Assembly: GCA_902785325.1 (NCBI GenBank)
Contig: CACZXZ010000006.1
Location: forward strand, 3,182-67,181
Reading direction: 5' to 3'
Length of the DNA stretch: 64,000 bases
Source of the DNA: an uncultured Succinivibrio sp.
GTDB taxonomy: Bacteria; Pseudomonadota; Gammaproteobacteria; Enterobacterales; Succinivibrionaceae
Below are positions 20,101 to 28,800 of this stretch, piece after piece. A model generated the notes under the pieces. It had not been told where the DNA came from. It searched no databases and saw only the letters and a list, made by a program, of their open reading frames with translations. Within the stretch, counting starts at the first letter, position 1. Each line of letters begins with the position of its first letter. A program made the position numbers and the translations under genes.

Positions 20101-20786
20101 ATAGAACTGAGCTGATTATGTATTGTGGTGACACAAATCTTAATAACCTAATCCCAGGTACTAAAGATCAACCAAATCACTTAGTAATAAGTGGTGTAGT
20201 CATAAGCTCTGTTCCTAGAATTTCAGCTAAAGACAATAAGAAATTCTATTCTTTAGTTCTTGATGATGGCTATGCAACCTTTGAATTACCATTATTTGGA
20301 CCAAATGCTGAAAAGTACTCTGAAATTGAAAATCAGCTAAATAATTTAAAGAAGAAAAAGGCAAAAGCAAATAAGAATAAAGAAGAAATTCCAACACCTT
20401 TAATCTTAATTGTTGAAGGTTACTATTTCATTCAAGATGATGGTACTACTAGACTTAGAGTTAAGGATGTTAAGAGCTTAGAGTCTTTACGTATCTTAAA
20501 TGCAAGAAAGATAACCCTAAACTTTACCTCAAAAGTTCTTGAGGAGAATCTTCAAGAAATTGATGAGATTATGCTAAGAAATCGCTTGAATACTAAAGAT
20601 ATCGATCAAGAATTAGCGATTGCTGACGATGAAAGCAAAGTAATCAAAGGTTGCAGCCTAAGTCTCATTATTGACAATACTCTCATGAAAATTCGTGATG
20701 ACAAATATCGCTTCTTACCAAGCGACGATTTAGTTGAAGGTATTAGAGATTTAGCTGGCTCTCAAAGCGTAAGAATAAGTTTCTAA
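17115..20786 (+). CDS. dnaE: DNA polymerase III alpha subunit
   Basis: PHP domain, GPGRGSGGGSLVAY, RVSMPDFDVDF, GKHAAG, KFDFLGL, YGFNKSHS, clamp-binding-like QFDLF. Confidence 0.98.
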   Translation: MNDNELDYIPLHVRSCYSINDGLQNVGDIVKRAAKLGCPAIAVTDFNNMAGFVRFYNACYGAGIKPIMGADLQVKENTKPGDPEVIFTVTLLAMNRVGKQNLYDILSDAWLHTGSPDIADVCATVDDLWKYSEGIILLNGFRGDIANFLITDEKAQLQERLENYKKYYGDRFCFEITRTNREGEDDFEVAALDMCLKYGFAPVATNDTRFLLGPDEVPKDGLTDYYVHDIRVSIQQGVQKGNRDNARRYSPYQYLRSPQEMREIFADIPEALTNTRAIAARCNVEIELDKPRLPLYDTGDLSTDDCLRLKAHEGLEKRLEFLFPDEKEREEKRPIYEKRLDTELDVIIGMRFPGYFLIVMEFIQWSKAHGVPVGPGRGSGGGSLVAYALTITDFDPLRFDLLFERFLNPERVSMPDFDVDFCQRKRALTLQHVVDHYGRNAVSQIAAFGTLAPKAAIQGVGRAIGVPLGQVRRVASLIPDTPGTTFKSCFGIGKKGESIESVSPDFLNFYNQAKVNDDKESIELIDVSVRLEGVIRSIGKHAAGVVISPTRIAEFAPLMLDSDGKPITQYDKKDVEHAGLVKFDFLGLTTLTIIDDAKQMIDEMLAREGKPPINIAAIPYDDPASYKMLQETETTAVFQLESTGMRKLIGKMQPDRFEDLVALVALYRPGPLNSGMVDHFVDRKHGTEPVSYPLPEAQDLDLKPILDSTYGVIVYQEQVMQIAQVLAGYSLGGADILRRAMGKKIPAEMAAQRDVFNKGCLKNGKDLNIMTQIFDQVEMFAAYGFNKSHSAAYALVAWWTLYLKVHYPAQFLAAMMTADCMKTDKLIAYIGECHRLGVEVDPPDVNNGKFYFGVNLQGHVVYGFSAIKGVGEKLVDHIVEEREQHGKYTDFFDFVYRVGTNYLSKGTLEALVKSGALDSIGPNRAQMFESIPTAIKYANQKTDNLSTGQFDLFATLDDVNVKPNYVNCRNWSDKVRLFKEKQILGLYLSGHPIDPYRTELIMYCGDTNLNNLIPGTKDQPNHLVISGVVISSVPRISAKDNKKFYSLVLDDGYATFELPLFGPNAEKYSEIENQLNNLKKKKAKANKNKEEIPTPLILIVEGYYFIQDDGTTRLRVKDVKSLESLRILNARKITLNFTSKVLEENLQEIDEIMLRNRLNTKDIDQELAIADDESKVIKGCSLSLIIDNTLMKIRDDKYRFLPSDDLVEGIRDLAGSQSVRISF

Positions 20787-21478
20787 GACTCTAAGCTAAA
20801 TTCATAACTTGCAGGCTTTATTTGATTAAAGCTTGCATTTTTTAGTTCAAAAAACTCTTCTGTATCAACAGAGTCTTTTGCAAAAGACAAATAGCCATCT
20901 TCTGAAGGAGCGTCTAGCAAAGAAGCTAAACTTAAGGTTTTAATAGTAGTGTTTTTAGGAAGCAAATAATAAGCTATCTTTTTGCTTTCTAAAGCTATAT
21001 TGACACTACTTACATCCACAAGACCTCTGCCCGTTACTTTTACAGCGCATTCTTTGACTGTCCATAAAGCTGTAAACAAGCTTTGAATATCCTGTTGTTG
21101 ATAGATAATCTCTTGAGTTTTTGTATCGAATAATTTCTTAATTAAGCTCTCAATATTTCTACTCTTCTTACTGTACTCAAGATCAATGCCTTGCTCAACT
21201 TGACCTAAGGCTAAAACAATTCTTTGTTTAGAGTGAGAGATATTAAAAAAAGGAAATCTTGCTTCAACAAAGAAAGGTTTTCCATGTTGGCTGTAAGCAA
21301 TTTTTGGTAGAACTTTAATACCATAAAAATTTTGCAGAGCATAGTTTAATAATGCTCTGTTTGCTAAAAAGCTTTTAGCTCTAGCACTTGAGTAAGTGCT
21401 AGCTTTTTCATGGTAAGAATAAGGTAGCTTTGATGCTAATAAGAAGGCTTCATCAATGGTACTAGTTACAATTATCAT
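20783..21478 (-). CDS. 4-prime-phosphopantetheinyl transferase (Sfp/AcpT-like)
   Basis: HGKP, FNISHS, GIDLE, LWTVKECAVK. Confidence 0.85.
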   Translation of the reverse strand: MIIVTSTIDEAFLLASKLPYSYHEKASTYSSARAKSFLANRALLNYALQNFYGIKVLPKIAYSQHGKPFFVEARFPFFNISHSKQRIVLALGQVEQGIDLEYSKKSRNIESLIKKLFDTKTQEIIYQQQDIQSLFTALWTVKECAVKVTGRGLVDVSSVNIALESKKIAYYLLPKNTTIKTLSLASLLDAPSEDGYLSFAKDSVDTEEFFELKNASFNQIKPASYEFSLES

Positions 21479-21482
21479 GGTA

Positions 21483-21959
21483 CTAGTCTTGTTTATGCTC
21501 TTTTATCATCTTGAAAATAGCAGGATCAACAAACTCTTTATTCCCACTCTTCACAGTCTCTATTGAGGGCTCTTTATGGATAGTTTCTTGTGGTGAAGGG
21601 CTCTTTTGCTCAGAAGTTTGCTTTTGTTCTTGATTATTTGGCTTTTTAAACCACTTATTAAGAAACTTTTTAACTAAAGTCCATAATAAGAACCAAATTA
21701 CAAATAGACCTACACCTACAGTAATACCTAAATATAATTTGTCTTGAGTTAAAAGCTCTGAAGATAAACCTAAGCCACTTAAGAAATTGCTAATATTTTT
21801 GCAATATACAATAGAGCTCCATAGGAAGATGTTGGCAATAAGTAGTGAGAGAACTCCAAATCTTCTATTACGAGGAAGGATGCAAAACAATACGGACAAA
21901 ACTACAAAAGCTGCCCCTATTCCTAAAAAAAGTGTTTGAGCAAAAGTAAAATTAAGCAT
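21483..21959 (-). CDS. Hypothetical membrane protein (about 3 TM segments, polar C-tail)
   Basis: Three hydrophobic stretches then a Q/K/E/P-rich tail; co-oriented 4 nt upstream of the PPTase. Confidence 0.7.
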   Translation of the reverse strand: MLNFTFAQTLFLGIGAAFVVLSVLFCILPRNRRFGVLSLLIANIFLWSSIVYCKNISNFLSGLGLSSELLTQDKLYLGITVGVGLFVIWFLLWTLVKKFLNKWFKKPNNQEQKQTSEQKSPSPQETIHKEPSIETVKSGNKEFVDPAIFKMIKEHKQD

Positions 21960-22015
21960 AATTCAAAAATATTGATAAAATATTACGCAGTATTTTATCA
22001 AAATAAGGGTTGTAA

Positions 22016-22801
22016 ATGTACGTTTCAACTATAGATCCTACAGCTTTTTCCATCGGACCTTTAACTATCAGATGGTATGGATTGCTCTTCTCTTTTGGTT
22101 TTATCATTGGTTACTGCATCATGCAGTTATTCTTTAAGCAAAAAAAATATAAAACTGAAGATCTAGATAAGCTTTTAGTTTACATTTTTGTAGGTACTGT
22201 AATTGGTGCAAGACTTGCCCATTGCTTAATCTATGAACCAGATTTCTACCTCTCAAATCCTATTGAAATTCTAAAAATTTGGAAAGGTGGTTTAGCTTCC
22301 CATGGTGGTTGCTTAGGCGTAATTATTGCTGTACTAATTTTTCTTAAAAAGAACAAGTACAACTTCTTAGAGCTTGCAGATATGCTTTGCGTACCAACTG
22401 CTTTAGTTTGCTCTATGATTAGAATTGGAAACTTTTGCAATGCAGAGATTTTAGGTAAAGCTACTAACAGCGATTATGGTGTTATTTTTGCAAGAATTGG
22501 TGAAACCTTTCCAAGACACCCAGCTCAGCTATATGAAGCTATAGCTTACTTTGCTATCTTTGTGCTATTGCTTAGTATTTATCTATTCGTAAAACGCAGA
22601 CCAAACGGATTGATTTTTGGTTTATTGTTTACTTTAGCTTTCATCGCTAGAATCGCAATTGAACCTTTTAAAGTTGAACAAGCTGATTACAATACCGATT
22701 CAATATTCACTGTAGGACAATATCTATCTTTACCATTTGTTGTTTTAGGTATCGTCATTATCATCATCTCCTACAAAAAGTATAAAAAGACAGGAAAATA
22801 A
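22016..22801 (+). CDS. lgt: Prolipoprotein diacylglyceryl transferase
   Basis: IRWYGL, GARLAHC, GGLASHGG, RIGNF, RHPAQLYE. Confidence 0.95.
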   Translation: MYVSTIDPTAFSIGPLTIRWYGLLFSFGFIIGYCIMQLFFKQKKYKTEDLDKLLVYIFVGTVIGARLAHCLIYEPDFYLSNPIEILKIWKGGLASHGGCLGVIIAVLIFLKKNKYNFLELADMLCVPTALVCSMIRIGNFCNAEILGKATNSDYGVIFARIGETFPRHPAQLYEAIAYFAIFVLLLSIYLFVKRRPNGLIFGLLFTLAFIARIAIEPFKVEQADYNTDSIFTVGQYLSLPFVVLGIVIIIISYKKYKKTGK

Positions 22802-22802
22802 T

Positions 22803-24191
22803 ATGGCATTAGAAATTATTATTTTAGCAGCAGGTAAAGGCAAGAGAATGCACTCAGCTTTACCTAAAGTACTTCATAAAGTTGCTAATAAGCCAATGTT
22901 GCAACACGTTATTGAGACTGCCAATGCGCTTAGTCCAAAATCCATTAACGTGGTAGTAGGTCATATGGGACAAATGGTAGAGCAAATGCTTGATACCCTA
23001 CCAGAAGATCTTAAAAAACTTATCAAAGTAGTTTACCAAAATGAGCAACTAGGTACAGGCCACGCTGTAAACTGTGCTATGCCTAATATTGATGAGCAAT
23101 CAGACGTTTTAGTACTCTATGGTGATACTCCTTTAACTCCTGTAGATTTACTTAAAGATCTAGTAAATCAATTAGGTCAAAAAGCTTTATGCGTGCTCTC
23201 AGCTATCACTGATAAGCCTACAGGTTATGGCAGAATTGTGCGTAATGGAGACTTTTTAAAAGCCATTGTTGAAGAAAAAGACGCTAGTGCTGAGGAGAAA
23301 AAAATCACTGAAATCAATACTGGTATCGTTGTAGGTAAGGCAAGCTTCTTTAAAAAATATCTACAAAAGCTTACTAACAACAATGCTCAAGGTGAATATT
23401 ATCTTACTGATTTAGCAGGTCTTATTGCTAAAGATTCCCCTAAAGATGTAGGTATAACTATCGCTCCTGATTTTGAAATACTCTCTGGTGTTAACTCTAA
23501 AGTTCAGTTAGCTTTTGTAGAAAGATTATTCCAAAAAAGAGCAGCTAATCAGTTACTAGAGCAAGGTGTTACCCTAGCTGATCCTAACAGAATTGATATC
23601 CGTGGTAATTTAACCTGTGGTGAAGATGTCTTTATTGATATCAATTGCATTTTTGAAGGTGATGTTACTTTAGGCAATAACGTTGTAATTAGTGCTGGCT
23701 GCGTTATCAAGAACTGCTCTATTGGTGATGGCAGCGTGATCTCTCCTTATACCATTATGGAAGATTCCCAAATTAAACAACGTGCAACCATCGGTCCTTT
23801 TGCAAGACTAAGACCTGGTAACGTACTTGAAGATGAAGTTCATGTAGGTAATTTCGTTGAGTGTAAGAAAGCTCATTTAGGTGTTGGCACTAAAGCAGGA
23901 CACTTATCTTACCTTGGTGATGCAACCATTGGTAAAGATGTTAATATCGGTGCAGGTACCATTACTTGTAACTACGACGGTGCTAACAAATTTAAGACTG
24001 TAATTGGTGATGATGTCTTTATTGGATCAGACTCTCAGTTAGTAGCCCCTGTTACTGTAAACAATGGCGTTACTATCGCTGCTGGTACTACAGTTACAAA
24101 ACATATCAAGATGTCAGATGGTGCTTTAGTATTAACTCGCTCTAAAGAAGTTATTAAAGAAAATTATCAAAGACCACATAAAAAGAAATAA
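22803..24191 (+). CDS. glmU: Bifunctional UDP-GlcNAc pyrophosphorylase / GlcN-1-P acetyltransferase
   Basis: LAAGKGKRMHSALPKVLH, QLGTGHAV, GEYYLTD, hexapeptide repeats, GAGTITCNYDG. Confidence 0.97.
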   Translation: MALEIIILAAGKGKRMHSALPKVLHKVANKPMLQHVIETANALSPKSINVVVGHMGQMVEQMLDTLPEDLKKLIKVVYQNEQLGTGHAVNCAMPNIDEQSDVLVLYGDTPLTPVDLLKDLVNQLGQKALCVLSAITDKPTGYGRIVRNGDFLKAIVEEKDASAEEKKITEINTGIVVGKASFFKKYLQKLTNNNAQGEYYLTDLAGLIAKDSPKDVGITIAPDFEILSGVNSKVQLAFVERLFQKRAANQLLEQGVTLADPNRIDIRGNLTCGEDVFIDINCIFEGDVTLGNNVVISAGCVIKNCSIGDGSVISPYTIMEDSQIKQRATIGPFARLRPGNVLEDEVHVGNFVECKKAHLGVGTKAGHLSYLGDATIGKDVNIGAGTITCNYDGANKFKTVIGDDVFIGSDSQLVAPVTVNNGVTIAAGTTVTKHIKMSDGALVLTRSKEVIKENYQRPHKKK

Positions 24192-24205
24192 TTAGAGCTT
24201 AACAA

Positions 24206-24229
24206 AAAGTGCAACAACCGTTGCACTTT
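24206..24229. other. Perfect hairpin in the glmU-glmS spacer
   Basis: AAAGTGCAAC-aacc-GTTGCACTTT; U-tract only on the minus strand. Confidence 0.7.
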
Positions 24230-24275
24230 GATAAAATTAACACAAGAATAAAATTTGTCTTAGGAAAAACGATTT

Positions 24276-26105
24276 ATGTGCGGTATTGTTGGTGCAATTG
24301 CTCAAAGAAATGTCTCTCAAATCTTATTAGAAGGTCTTTCAAGACTTGAATATCGTGGTTATGATAGTGCTGGTATTTGTTGTATCAACAACCAAGAACT
24401 ACGTTGTATCAAAACCACTGGTAAAGTAAAGAATTTAAAAGAGGCCGTTAAAGAGCAAGGTTGTCCTGGTTTTATCGGTATTGCTCATACTCGTTGGGCA
24501 ACTCATGGTGTACCTTCAGAGACTAATGCTCACCCACATATCTGTGGCAATTTAGCTTTAGTTCACAATGGTATTATCGAAAACTTTGCTGAATTAAAAA
24601 GCCAACTTATCGAAAAAGGTTATGAGTTTAAGTCACAAACAGATACAGAAGTTTTAGTTTGCTTAATTCACTACCACCTACAAACAAGTGCTAATTTACT
24701 TGAAGCTTTTAAGATTGCCTTAAATGAAGTAAAAGGATCTTTTGGTTTAGCTCTTATTGATAAGAACGATCCTAATACCTTATATGCAGCTCGCTCAGGC
24801 TCTCCTTTAATTATCGGTTTAGGTATTGGTGAGAACTTTGTAGCCTCAGATACTTTAGCTTTATTACCTGTTACTCGTCGTTTTATTTATCTTGAAGAAA
24901 ACGAAATTGCAGTTTTAACTACCGACAAGATTGATGTTTACACTCTAGATGGAACACCTGTTGAAAAGAGTGTTGTTGAATCAGATTTAGATGCTGAGAG
25001 TATTTCTAAGGGCAACTTTAGACACTACATGCAAAAAGAAATCTATGAGCAACCACAGTCTTTACAAAATACTCTTTTAGGTAGACTTAATGGCGATGAT
25101 ATCTCTTTAGAGACTGTTGTTGGTATCGATAAAGATACTTTCAAAGACATTAAAGCTATTCAAATCGTAGCATGCGGTACTTCTTATCATGCAGGTTTAG
25201 TAGGTAAATACTGGCTTGAGGAATTAACTGGCATTGCAACTAACGTTGAAATTGCATCAGAATATAGATATAGAAAAGCTGTAGTTCAAGACAATAGCTT
25301 GTTCATTACTATTTCTCAATCTGGTGAAACAGCTGATACTCTTGCTTCTTTGAGACTTGCAAAACAACAAAAATACAAGAAGTCTTTATGTATTTGTAAT
25401 GTAAACGGCTCTTCCTTAGTTCGTGAGTCCGACTATACCTTATTTACCAAAGCAGGAGCAGAGATTGGTGTTGCTTCTACTAAAGCCTTTACTACTCAAT
25501 TGTTAAGTTTACTACTACTAGCTTTACTGATTGGCAGACAAAATAACGCTATTAGTGACACTCAAAATCATGAAATCTTAGAAGCTGTAAGAAAACTACC
25601 TGCTTTAGCACAAGAGTTCTTATCTTACGATAAAGAAATTGAGGATATTGCTTGTCAATTCTCAGGTAAGAGACACACCCTATTCTTAGGTCGTGGTGTA
25701 ATGTTCCCTATTGCCCTAGAAGGTGCTTTAAAACTAAAAGAAATTAGTTATATCCATGCTGAGGGTTATGCAGCAGGTGAATTAAAACACGGTCCTATTG
25801 CTCTTATTGATAAAGAGATGCCTGTAGTTGTAGTTGCACCTGACAACGCCTTAATTGATAAGTTAATCTCAAACATTGAGGAAGTTCGCGCTCGTGGTGC
25901 TCGTTTATATGTATTCTCAACTCAAGATACTTTAATCAAAGACGATCCTCAAACTTGCAAGGTAAGCTTACCTATGTGTCCTGAAATCTTGCAACCAATA
26001 TTATTTACTATTCCACTACAGTTGTTAGCCTACCATTGCGCAGTTATCAATGGTACTGATGTGGATCAGCCAAGAAACTTAGCTAAATCAGTAACTGTAG
26101 AATAG
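24276..26105 (+). CDS. glmS: Glutamine--fructose-6-phosphate aminotransferase
   Basis: MCGIVG, LEYRGYDSAG, HTRWATHG, SQSGETADT, GVASTKAFT, PRNLAKSVTVE. Confidence 0.98.
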   Translation: MCGIVGAIAQRNVSQILLEGLSRLEYRGYDSAGICCINNQELRCIKTTGKVKNLKEAVKEQGCPGFIGIAHTRWATHGVPSETNAHPHICGNLALVHNGIIENFAELKSQLIEKGYEFKSQTDTEVLVCLIHYHLQTSANLLEAFKIALNEVKGSFGLALIDKNDPNTLYAARSGSPLIIGLGIGENFVASDTLALLPVTRRFIYLEENEIAVLTTDKIDVYTLDGTPVEKSVVESDLDAESISKGNFRHYMQKEIYEQPQSLQNTLLGRLNGDDISLETVVGIDKDTFKDIKAIQIVACGTSYHAGLVGKYWLEELTGIATNVEIASEYRYRKAVVQDNSLFITISQSGETADTLASLRLAKQQKYKKSLCICNVNGSSLVRESDYTLFTKAGAEIGVASTKAFTTQLLSLLLLALLIGRQNNAISDTQNHEILEAVRKLPALAQEFLSYDKEIEDIACQFSGKRHTLFLGRGVMFPIALEGALKLKEISYIHAEGYAAGELKHGPIALIDKEMPVVVVAPDNALIDKLISNIEEVRARGARLYVFSTQDTLIKDDPQTCKVSLPMCPEILQPILFTIPLQLLAYHCAVINGTDVDQPRNLAKSVTVE

Positions 26106-26124
26106 ATGCACAAAAAATAATCAC

Positions 26125-26160
26125 AAAGCTTACGTATTACTGCGTAAGCTTTTTTATTTT
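26125..26160 (+). terminator. Intrinsic terminator after glmS
   Basis: AAAGCTTACG-tattactg-CGTAAGCTTT then TTTATTTT. Confidence 0.75.
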
Positions 26161-26209
26161 ATAATGTGCGCAAATTTTAACGTAAACAACAAATTTCTTT
26201 TAACTGCTT

Positions 26210-28075
26210 ATGATTACTAATAACTTAACCGTAAAATGGTGCTTTCCTTATGCTTTATTTGCTATAGCTAGAGACGCCGTTTACGTTTTTGTTATCTCTT
26301 TTTATTTCTTATATTTATCTAGAGTTCTTTGCCTACCACTTAGCTTTATTATTCCTATGATGATAGGAATAAAAGTATTAGATATTCTAAAAGAGCCTTT
26401 TATTGGAACCTTAATTGATTGTTTAAGTACTAAATACAACTTTGATAAATATAAGGTATGTATCTTAGTAGGTAGCTTTGTAAATGCTATTTTTGTTTAC
26501 TTAATGTTTAACATTCCTAATACCTCTGTAGGACTAAAAGAGCTTTTAGCTACCCTTACTTTATTAGGTTGGATGTTAAGTTTCTCTTTTTATGATCTTA
26601 CCTCTTGGAGTTTAATCTCCACTTTCAATGCAAGTAATCTCTCTCGTGAGATAGCTTCTGCGATTGCAAGAGCATGTGCTACTTTAGGCTTTATCGTAGG
26701 ATTAGTACTTTCAACCCACTATTTTTCACCTAATTTAGACATTATTAACAATTTAACTGTCGCAGCTCAAAAACTGTTTTTTTATTGCGCTATTTGCTTA
26801 ACTATCAGTGCTGTAGCCTTTTCAAGCTCCTTTACTAATAATTACCAAGCGCCAAAAAATATCAATTTCAAAAGAACGCTAAAATCCTTTTTTAATAATG
26901 ATCAATTGATGATTGTTTTTGTATTGTCCTTATTTCAACAAATTTGTTTTAACACTTTTGTAAGTGAATATGACATCTTTTTACAAAACATCACTGATTT
27001 CGATGTAAAAAACACTCCTTATTGGGTACTACAAGCCCCTTGGGTTCTAGGAATGTTTTTAACCTATTTTGCATTTAGCTTTTTAACTAAATTATCTTCA
27101 AGAAGAATAGTCTATGTTGCATCCATTGCATTACCAGCTATAGCTTCAGTAGTTCTCTATCTACTAGTTGTAACACAAAGCCTTACCTTTCTTGCTTATA
27201 ATATCTTAGTTGCTTTATGTGGCGTTGGTCTATCACTATCCCTTGTTTCCACCACTGTTATGACCTCAGACTGTGTAGACTATAGTGAATTTAAATTTGG
27301 ACTTAGAGCAGACTGTACAACCTTTTCCATTCAAACTATCAGTGCAAAACTAGGTGCTTTATTTATCGTACTAATCTCAGGTATCAGTTTCTCTTTATCA
27401 GGAACAGTTCTTTACGATGTTCCTTATGAAGGTTCTGAAAATTACTTAGCATTTTGTACTGTAATTATCTTTGTGGGTAGTATCTGTGCTAGTGCAATTT
27501 ATTTTATTTATTACAAATTGCATGGTAGTTTTTTTGAAAATATCTTAAATAATATTTCAAACTTTACCTACGATACCGAAAACAACAATCCAAGAAAAAA
27601 GCAAAACTCTGTAAGATATGCTATTGATGAGAAATGCGTTATTCACGATTTACCATCTAACGATCTAAAAGAAATCATCAATATCTTAACTGAGCGTTTA
27701 CACAACGTTAGAGCAATTAACTCAAAAACAGATTTTTTAGAGTCTTTACACAACAAAATGAGCCTAACTCCACCAGGAATTGCTCATGGAATTGCAATTC
27801 CACATACTAGAGGTGATTTTGTAAATAGAAGCTCATTAGCTATCGCTACCTTAAAAAATCCTATTGATTGCGGATCACTAGATGAAAAACCTTGTGATTT
27901 AATATTTTTAATCGCAACTCCAGATGATGGTAAATCCCATATGAATTTACTAAAAAATCTATCTTTAATGTTAAGTGAACCTGGCTTTGCAAATAAATTA
28001 AGAAACGCAGGCTCTGCTGAAGAAATTACCAAGAGGTTAATAGCATGCGAAAAAAATCTATTCAGCTACTCCTAG
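26210..28075 (+). CDS. MelB-like GPH-family MFS transporter fused to C-terminal PTS EIIA (Fru/Ntr-type) domain
   Basis: KVLDILKEPFIGTLID, FYDLTSWSL, SDCVDYSEFKFGLR..FSIQTISAKLG (MelB-like); C-terminal GIAHGIAIPHTRG, PIDCGSLDEKPCDLIFLIA, HMNLL (EIIA). Confidence 0.85.
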   Translation: MITNNLTVKWCFPYALFAIARDAVYVFVISFYFLYLSRVLCLPLSFIIPMMIGIKVLDILKEPFIGTLIDCLSTKYNFDKYKVCILVGSFVNAIFVYLMFNIPNTSVGLKELLATLTLLGWMLSFSFYDLTSWSLISTFNASNLSREIASAIARACATLGFIVGLVLSTHYFSPNLDIINNLTVAAQKLFFYCAICLTISAVAFSSSFTNNYQAPKNINFKRTLKSFFNNDQLMIVFVLSLFQQICFNTFVSEYDIFLQNITDFDVKNTPYWVLQAPWVLGMFLTYFAFSFLTKLSSRRIVYVASIALPAIASVVLYLLVVTQSLTFLAYNILVALCGVGLSLSLVSTTVMTSDCVDYSEFKFGLRADCTTFSIQTISAKLGALFIVLISGISFSLSGTVLYDVPYEGSENYLAFCTVIIFVGSICASAIYFIYYKLHGSFFENILNNISNFTYDTENNNPRKKQNSVRYAIDEKCVIHDLPSNDLKEIINILTERLHNVRAINSKTDFLESLHNKMSLTPPGIAHGIAIPHTRGDFVNRSSLAIATLKNPIDCGSLDEKPCDLIFLIATPDDGKSHMNLLKNLSLMLSEPGFANKLRNAGSAEEITKRLIACEKNLFSYS

Positions 28076-28794
28076 CTTTAGTAAGCGTTTTTGTAATCTC
28101 TAAAGTTACTGCACAAGAACTTACAGTATGCGCTGTGCCACAAACTTATAGCGCTCTAGAGGCTGTAAAGCACAAAGCACCTGTTAAGTTTAAAACCTTC
28201 TATGCACTTGAAGATGAGATCTTATCTAGAATCAATAATAACAACGGGATCTGCTCTTTAGTAATTAGCAGTGATGAGAAGCTTCCTATTCTGTTATTAA
28301 GATCTAATCAAACTAAAACTGATAGATTAAAGCCTTTTGTAAAAGCTCCGCTAATTCTTTGGTCTAAAGATCCTACTTTATTTGCAAATAATATTGACGT
28401 TATCAAAAATAAAAAGCTAAAGTCTTTAGGTTTGCCAAATCCTCATTTAACACCAGTTGGCTTTGCCGCAAAGCAGATTGTATCTAAAAAGACTTTCCCT
28501 TCAGAATACTTAAAACACAGGATCTATAGAGCAGATCATGAATTTCAGATCTTCTCCTTCGTTGCAAATCAAAGTGTGCAGGCAGGCTTTGTAACTAAAC
28601 CTTTGATTTATAAAGATGGGCATACCACAGGATCTTTTTGGAATATTCCAGACGACACCTATGATCCTATTTTTTATTACTTGATTGATACGTCAAAAAG
28701 TAACTCTCATTCTATTCAAGTACTATTCAACTATATCTATGCTAATGGCCAAGCTTTAAGACACTTTTATGAATATGGCTTTGAGCCTATCTAG
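28045..28794 (+). CDS. Orphan ModA-fold periplasmic binding protein, divergent
   Basis: Signal peptide; VISSDEK, NPHLTPVGFAAKQ, GFV, IPDDTYDPI align with ModA by eye; no modB/modC nearby. Confidence 0.6.
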   Translation: MRKKSIQLLLALVSVFVISKVTAQELTVCAVPQTYSALEAVKHKAPVKFKTFYALEDEILSRINNNNGICSLVISSDEKLPILLLRSNQTKTDRLKPFVKAPLILWSKDPTLFANNIDVIKNKKLKSLGLPNPHLTPVGFAAKQIVSKKTFPSEYLKHRIYRADHEFQIFSFVANQSVQAGFVTKPLIYKDGHTTGSFWNIPDDTYDPIFYYLIDTSKSNSHSIQVLFNYIYANGQALRHFYEYGFEPI

Positions 28795-28800
28795 TATTTG

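Noticed and set aside
17115-20786. Intein or active proofreading PHP domain in dnaE
   Set aside because: The extra length is short insertions with no intein motifs; loss of PHP metal ligands is expected in proteobacterial DnaE.
24192-24275. glmS ribozyme
   Set aside because: The spacer is only 84 nt and lacks the conserved ribozyme core as far as I can see.
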